Source of the DNA: Patescibacteria group bacterium
GTDB taxonomy: Bacteria > Patescibacteriota > Patescibacteriia > 2-01-FULL-39-33
DNA: 64,000 nt
Assembly: GCA_041662745.1 (NCBI GenBank)
Contig: JBAZRV010000004.1
Location: forward strand, 70,315-134,314
Direction of reading: 5' to 3'
The notes beneath the pieces are model-generated. The model saw only the letters and a list, made by a program, of their open reading frames with translations, was not told the DNA's origin and searched no databases. This document shows positions 60,201 through 64,000 of this stretch, one piece after another. Both the position numbers and the translations under genes were made by a program. Position 1 is the first letter of the stretch. Every line of letters begins with the position of its first letter.

Positions 60201-60275
60201 GGTGGATGACCGGATTTGAACCGGCAGCCGCTCGGACCACAACCGAGTGCTCTAACCAATTGAGCTACACCCACC
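60201..60275 (-). tRNA. tRNA-His (GTG) with G-1
   Basis: The sequence is G-GTGGGTG-TA-GCTCAATTGGTTAGAGC-A-CTCGG-TTGTGGT-CCGAG...CATCCAC-C. Confidence 0.8.
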
Positions 60276-60322
60276 ATTATTAATTAAAATCCCAAAAACC
60301 GCGCACCTGTTAAACACCACCC

Positions 60323-60394
60323 TGCCTCCGGCAGGAATCGAACCCGCATCTTAGGCTCCGGAAGCCCATGTTCTATCCGTTGAACTACGGAGAC
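60323..60394 (-). tRNA. tRNA-Arg (CCG)
   Basis: The sequence is GTCTCCG-TA-GTTCAACGGATAGAAC-A-TGGGC-TTCCGGA-GCCTA...GCGGGTTCGATTCCTGC-CGGAGGC-A. Confidence 0.8.
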
Positions 60395-60459
60395 GAAAAT
60401 CAGACCAATCAATGCCTGTGATTCTGCTTCCAATATCCAAACCACAACAATCAAGACAA

Positions 60460-60532
60460 TGTCCGCGGCAAGAATCGAACTTGCGACCAATAGCTTAGAA
60501 GGCTACTGCTCTATCCACTGAGCTACGCGGAC
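60460..60532 (-). tRNA. tRNA-Arg (TCT)
   Basis: The sequence is GTCCGCG-TA-GCTCAGTGGATAGAGC-A-GTAGC-CTTCTAA-GCTAT...GCAAGTTCGATTCTTGC-CGCGGAC-A. Confidence 0.85.
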
Positions 60533-60620
60533 AAATAAAAAATTAAAGGCTAATCAACAAGAAAAATCATAGCACAAAAAATTACAAAAGTCAACACCTG
60601 ACTAAATTAAGGAAACCTTC

Positions 60621-61661
60621 TTATTGTTTATTTTTAATTCTATAATCATCAATCACCCGCTGATAAACTTTCTGATAACCGGAAACCATTTTTTCTATGC
60701 TGAAAAGTTTTTCAACCCTTTCTCTTGGCGCCTTTCGATTAATTTTATCTACGTTTTTTATAGCTTTAACCATCCCCTTAACGCTATCTACCACATATCC
60801 AGTTTTTTTATCCGAGATAACCTCTGATACAGCGCCATTTTTCCAACCGATTACAGGTGTGCCGCACGACATAGCTTCAATCATGACATACCCAAAATGC
60901 TCATTAACTTGGGTAGGAAATAATAAAGCGGTAGCATTCCTTAAATATTCTATCTTCTGTTCAAAATTAGCCTCGCCAACATATCTAATAGTTGTTCCGT
61001 CAATATGTTTTTCTATCTTTTCATGCCAATACCCTTCATCTTGATAACTGTAACCGGCGATAATCAATTGCATGCCAACGGCTTTAGCCGCCTCAATTGC
61101 CAAATGTACGCCCTTTTGCTCAGTTACTCGTCCCAAATAAAATAAATAAGGTTTCGGTTTAGGGTTGAATGAAAAAATCTCAGTATCAACGCCATGGTAA
61201 ATATTGCCAACCCAATTCAATTTAGGCAAACTTTTTCTTTGGGCTTGAGAAAAAGATACGTATCTTACATTTTTAAAATTATTCATTATCTTATACAAAC
61301 TGTCATCAATCGGAAAATGAACTGAAGCAATAGTCGGCGTTGAAACCAAAGAAGAAAAAAATCCATGGGTTATATTGAAATGAGAATGGATAATATCAAA
61401 TTCTTTGGCAGAACCATAGCATTTAGAAGCTAAAAGCTGGGTGTAATATTTTCTAATGTCTTCTTTTAGATTAAGGGCCGAGGCCTGGTCATTCAATACT
61501 GATTCTATCTTACAATCTACTTTTGATTTTGGACTGGCAAAAAGAGTAACCTCATTTTCTTTAGCTAAGCCATCGCAAAGCCAGGCGACATGGGAATAAA
61601 TGGCATGGGATGAATTCGGTTCCGTATTGTAATAATTTAGTGCTAGTTGGGCAATTTTCAT
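60621..61661 (-). CDS. Glycosyltransferase family 4 (GT-B, group 1)
   Basis: The signature is EHFGYVMIEAMSCGTPVIG (E-x7-E). Confidence 0.8.
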   Translation of the reverse strand: MKIAQLALNYYNTEPNSSHAIYSHVAWLCDGLAKENEVTLFASPKSKVDCKIESVLNDQASALNLKEDIRKYYTQLLASKCYGSAKEFDIIHSHFNITHGFFSSLVSTPTIASVHFPIDDSLYKIMNNFKNVRYVSFSQAQRKSLPKLNWVGNIYHGVDTEIFSFNPKPKPYLFYLGRVTEQKGVHLAIEAAKAVGMQLIIAGYSYQDEGYWHEKIEKHIDGTTIRYVGEANFEQKIEYLRNATALLFPTQVNEHFGYVMIEAMSCGTPVIGWKNGAVSEVISDKKTGYVVDSVKGMVKAIKNVDKINRKAPRERVEKLFSIEKMVSGYQKVYQRVIDDYRIKNKQ

Positions 61662-62854
61662 TTGTTTTTGATTAATTGTTTAAAGAGTCTTATATAATCT
61701 TTAAAAACTTTATCGCTTTGATGACTGGAGAAAAGAAAGTTTCTAAGTTTATCAGGCATCGGTTTATTAGCGATAGCTAATATTTTTTTGATGGCCAGAT
61801 TAGCATTATTAAAATTAATTACCCAGTCGTTGGCGCCATATTTTTTAAAATCATCCACAAAGCCGACATTTTCCGAAATAGCAATTGGGGTATCACAACC
61901 CGTTGCCTCCAAAACAACATTAGGTGAAACATCAAAATGCGATGGCAAGATCAATAAATCCATTTGTTGGCAGAATTTTTTAATGCCTTTTTGATCAAGT
62001 GGCGGCACTATAACAATGTTTTTACGATAAAAATCTTTTAACTCCTTATTTTTATTGGTTTTAGGGATTACCGTTACCGAATAAAATTTCCATGGCAATT
62101 TAAATTTTTGAACTTGTTTAACCAAAGCCGCTACCGCTTTATGATTTTTTATCCTGTCCCAACGGGCGATAATACCGATATTAAAAGTCTGGCCAATATT
62201 CTTGCGATGCTTGACGCAGGCATAATTCCTAAAATCCACCGGCAAAGGAATGATATGGGTCTTATTCTTATCAGTTTTAGCCACATTAACATTAAAATAC
62301 CTTCGACTCCAGTCATTAAGAAAAATTTCCGCATCGGCTATTTTCGGTATTTCTTTTTCCATTCCCTCCATTATCTTTCGTCCGGCCAAACTAAAAAAAT
62401 CCTTATAAATTCGCAACTCTTTAGTCCAGATACCGGCGTGCTGAATCGCTACCGGAATCTTCTCTTTTTGCGCCGCCTTTAAAATCAACCAATTGGAAAC
62501 CGCATAACCATTCAAAAAAATAATATCCGGCCGGGTTATTTTGATTAACTCAGCAATCAAATTAATCGCCGGTTCAAACAGTTTTTCGGCATCTATTTTT
62601 TTCGGTGTCCGCCCTAATTTTTTTACTAATACTCCGGGGATTTCCAATTTATAATATTGCAAGCCTTTGATCTTGCTAACCGGTTTTAATTTTGAAAACT
62701 TGGTTGAATTAAACTCAACAATTAAACCAAACCAAGAATGTCCTTCCTTTTTTAAAAAACTTTTGAAGCGCTTGGCAAAATTCGCCGGCCCGCCTTTGGC
62801 GTGATGCTTGGAATTCGGCAAATTATTGGAATAATCATTAGATAGAATCAACAT
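61658..62854 (-). CDS. Glycosyltransferase family 4 (GT-B, group 1)
   Basis: The C-terminal signature is PSHFDVSPNVVLEATGCDTPIAIS. The gene overlaps the downstream GT4 by 4 nt. Confidence 0.75.
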   Translation of the reverse strand: MLILSNDYSNNLPNSKHHAKGGPANFAKRFKSFLKKEGHSWFGLIVEFNSTKFSKLKPVSKIKGLQYYKLEIPGVLVKKLGRTPKKIDAEKLFEPAINLIAELIKITRPDIIFLNGYAVSNWLILKAAQKEKIPVAIQHAGIWTKELRIYKDFFSLAGRKIMEGMEKEIPKIADAEIFLNDWSRRYFNVNVAKTDKNKTHIIPLPVDFRNYACVKHRKNIGQTFNIGIIARWDRIKNHKAVAALVKQVQKFKLPWKFYSVTVIPKTNKNKELKDFYRKNIVIVPPLDQKGIKKFCQQMDLLILPSHFDVSPNVVLEATGCDTPIAISENVGFVDDFKKYGANDWVINFNNANLAIKKILAIANKPMPDKLRNFLFSSHQSDKVFKDYIRLFKQLIKNK

Positions 62855-62855
62855 T

Positions 62856-63380
62856 TTATTTTTGGTACTTATTAATTGATTCTCTGATGGCGGCAATCGC
62901 CTCAGCCTTATCGCCGAATTCATAAACCCTGCTCCATCTGTCCTTTTCCGTTTCCTTATAATGCCTGAAGAATAAGCTGATTTTTTCTTTTACCGGTAAA
63001 GCCAAATCCGCCGAATCCTTGATTCGGCTGTAATTTTCATCCGTTTCATTTACCGGCACAACCAGTATTTTATTGTCTCGGCCGTGCTCATCCGTCATTT
63101 TCAGTATCGCCACCGGACGGCCAACCGCGGTTCGGCCCTTTACCAATATTTGATCCGACAGGATCATCGCGTCTAAGGCGTCGCCGTCATCGGCCAAAGT
63201 TTCAGGAATGAAACCGTAATTAAAAGGAAACGGCAAAGTCGTCGCCAACACTCGTTCCGCTTCCAACGAATTAGTCCGCGGATTGAGTTCAAATTTTTTT
63301 ATTTCGCCTAAGGGTATCTCCACTAGAATATTTAATTCTTCTGGCGCCTTGTCGCCGATTTTTGGCTTGTTAATGCTCAT
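62856..63380 (-). CDS. ppa: Inorganic pyrophosphatase (family I)
   Basis: The motif is DGDALDAMIL...PVNETDE. The start was chosen at MSINKPKIG. Confidence 0.88.
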   Translation of the reverse strand: MSINKPKIGDKAPEELNILVEIPLGEIKKFELNPRTNSLEAERVLATTLPFPFNYGFIPETLADDGDALDAMILSDQILVKGRTAVGRPVAILKMTDEHGRDNKILVVPVNETDENYSRIKDSADLALPVKEKISLFFRHYKETEKDRWSRVYEFGDKAEAIAAIRESINKYQK

Positions 63381-63471
63381 AATGACAATCGACGTTAATA
63401 TAAAAATATTAGCATTTACCGCGATTTTAAGCAAGAAAAAAGCCGCTGACAAAAGCGGCGCAAAGAGCATG

Positions 63472-63912
63472 TTATCGCAAAACGGGATTGTCGTGACTTT
63501 GCGCAAAATCCATTACTGACCTGATTGCTTCCATCCGGCCTTGCGCCTGGTTAATATCAGTAATGACTTTTGACGCCACAGCCGCGGCTTCGCACAAAGC
63601 ATCATTCAAGTCGCCTCTCAAAAGAATAAAATCACGATTAGTCGGAGAATGCGCGAATTGATGCAATTTCAAACCGGTAAAACGATTACCCCATTCCCGA
63701 TACAACCGATCAACGACCGCTCCGCAACATTCCATAACCACATTCATTCCTAAAAAATTAAAATGGTGGCAATCATCCTTCCAATAAGTACCGCATAAAC
63801 CGCAAGTTTCATCGCCTTCGCTGCCATACATTACGCTGACTTCCTGCCAAGGCAATTTTGACGGACCCTGTGACACGTCAAACCAACGGCCTTCGCTCTT
63901 TTTTTCCGGCAT
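63472..63912 (-). CDS. Hypothetical Cys-rich protein (146 aa)
   Basis: The sequence CGLCGTYWKDDCHHF...MECCGAV has 8 Cys. No family was recognised. Confidence 0.4.
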   Translation of the reverse strand: MPEKKSEGRWFDVSQGPSKLPWQEVSVMYGSEGDETCGLCGTYWKDDCHHFNFLGMNVVMECCGAVVDRLYREWGNRFTGLKLHQFAHSPTNRDFILLRGDLNDALCEAAAVASKVITDINQAQGRMEAIRSVMDFAQSHDNPVLR

Positions 63913-64000
63913 GACTGTTATCCTTTCTGTTGTTTAAGGTGCTTATTAAACTCATTGCCGTTCTTCCCGCATTGTTTCCTTTAAAATTTTACTTTTCAAG

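Noticed and set aside
60284-60490. A 68-aa minus-strand ORF
   Set aside because: It overlaps the tRNA-Arg(CCG) and tRNA-Arg(TCT) genes.
1-64000. A CRISPR array, rRNA genes or IS/transposase genes
   Set aside because: No regularly spaced direct repeats with unique spacers, no rRNA-like conserved blocks and no transposase or integrase ORFs were found on either strand.

Overview
This is a 64 kb window from a bacterium of about 47-50% GC. Many proteins carry basic or acidic low-complexity tails, cysteine-rich mini-proteins are common, and a B12-binding radical SAM gene is present. These traits fit a small-genome Patescibacteria/CPR-like lineage, but that assignment is low confidence. Core genes are on both strands: recA (partial), ftsK, rpoC and rpoB, a MurE-like ligase, ruvA, nif3, ftsH, a CDP-alcohol phosphatidyltransferase, RNase J, secG, ychF, deoC, pilT, rnc, nusB, rpmF, a ProB-like kinase and ppa. 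There are eight intact tRNAs: Leu-CAG, Lys-CTT, Arg-TCG, Leu-TAA, Gly-GCC, His-GTG, Arg-CCG and Arg-TCT. No rRNA, CRISPR array or transposase was seen. Five things stand out. First, three tRNA genes (Lys, Arg, Gly) are each preceded on the same strand by a truncated 5' copy of themselves joined to a structured element of about 100-180 nt. The Lys and Gly copies are near-identical and show compensatory changes in a hairpin. Second, a four-gene cassette encodes a PP2C phosphatase, an atypical protein kinase with a zinc ribbon, an isochorismatase-like hydrolase and a TerY-like vWA protein. This resembles the TerY-P phosphorylation triad with an extra hydrolase. Third, a 957-aa protein has clear similarity to the eukaryotic major vault protein. 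Fourth, a GC-rich (about 60%) PspA/IM30 operon has two unusual membrane-anchored partners, one ending in a 36-bp tandem repeat that encodes SSSSSSDSGGWG units. Fifth, an orphan gene of about 60% GC sits beside an AT-rich tract that carries a perfect DnaA box.
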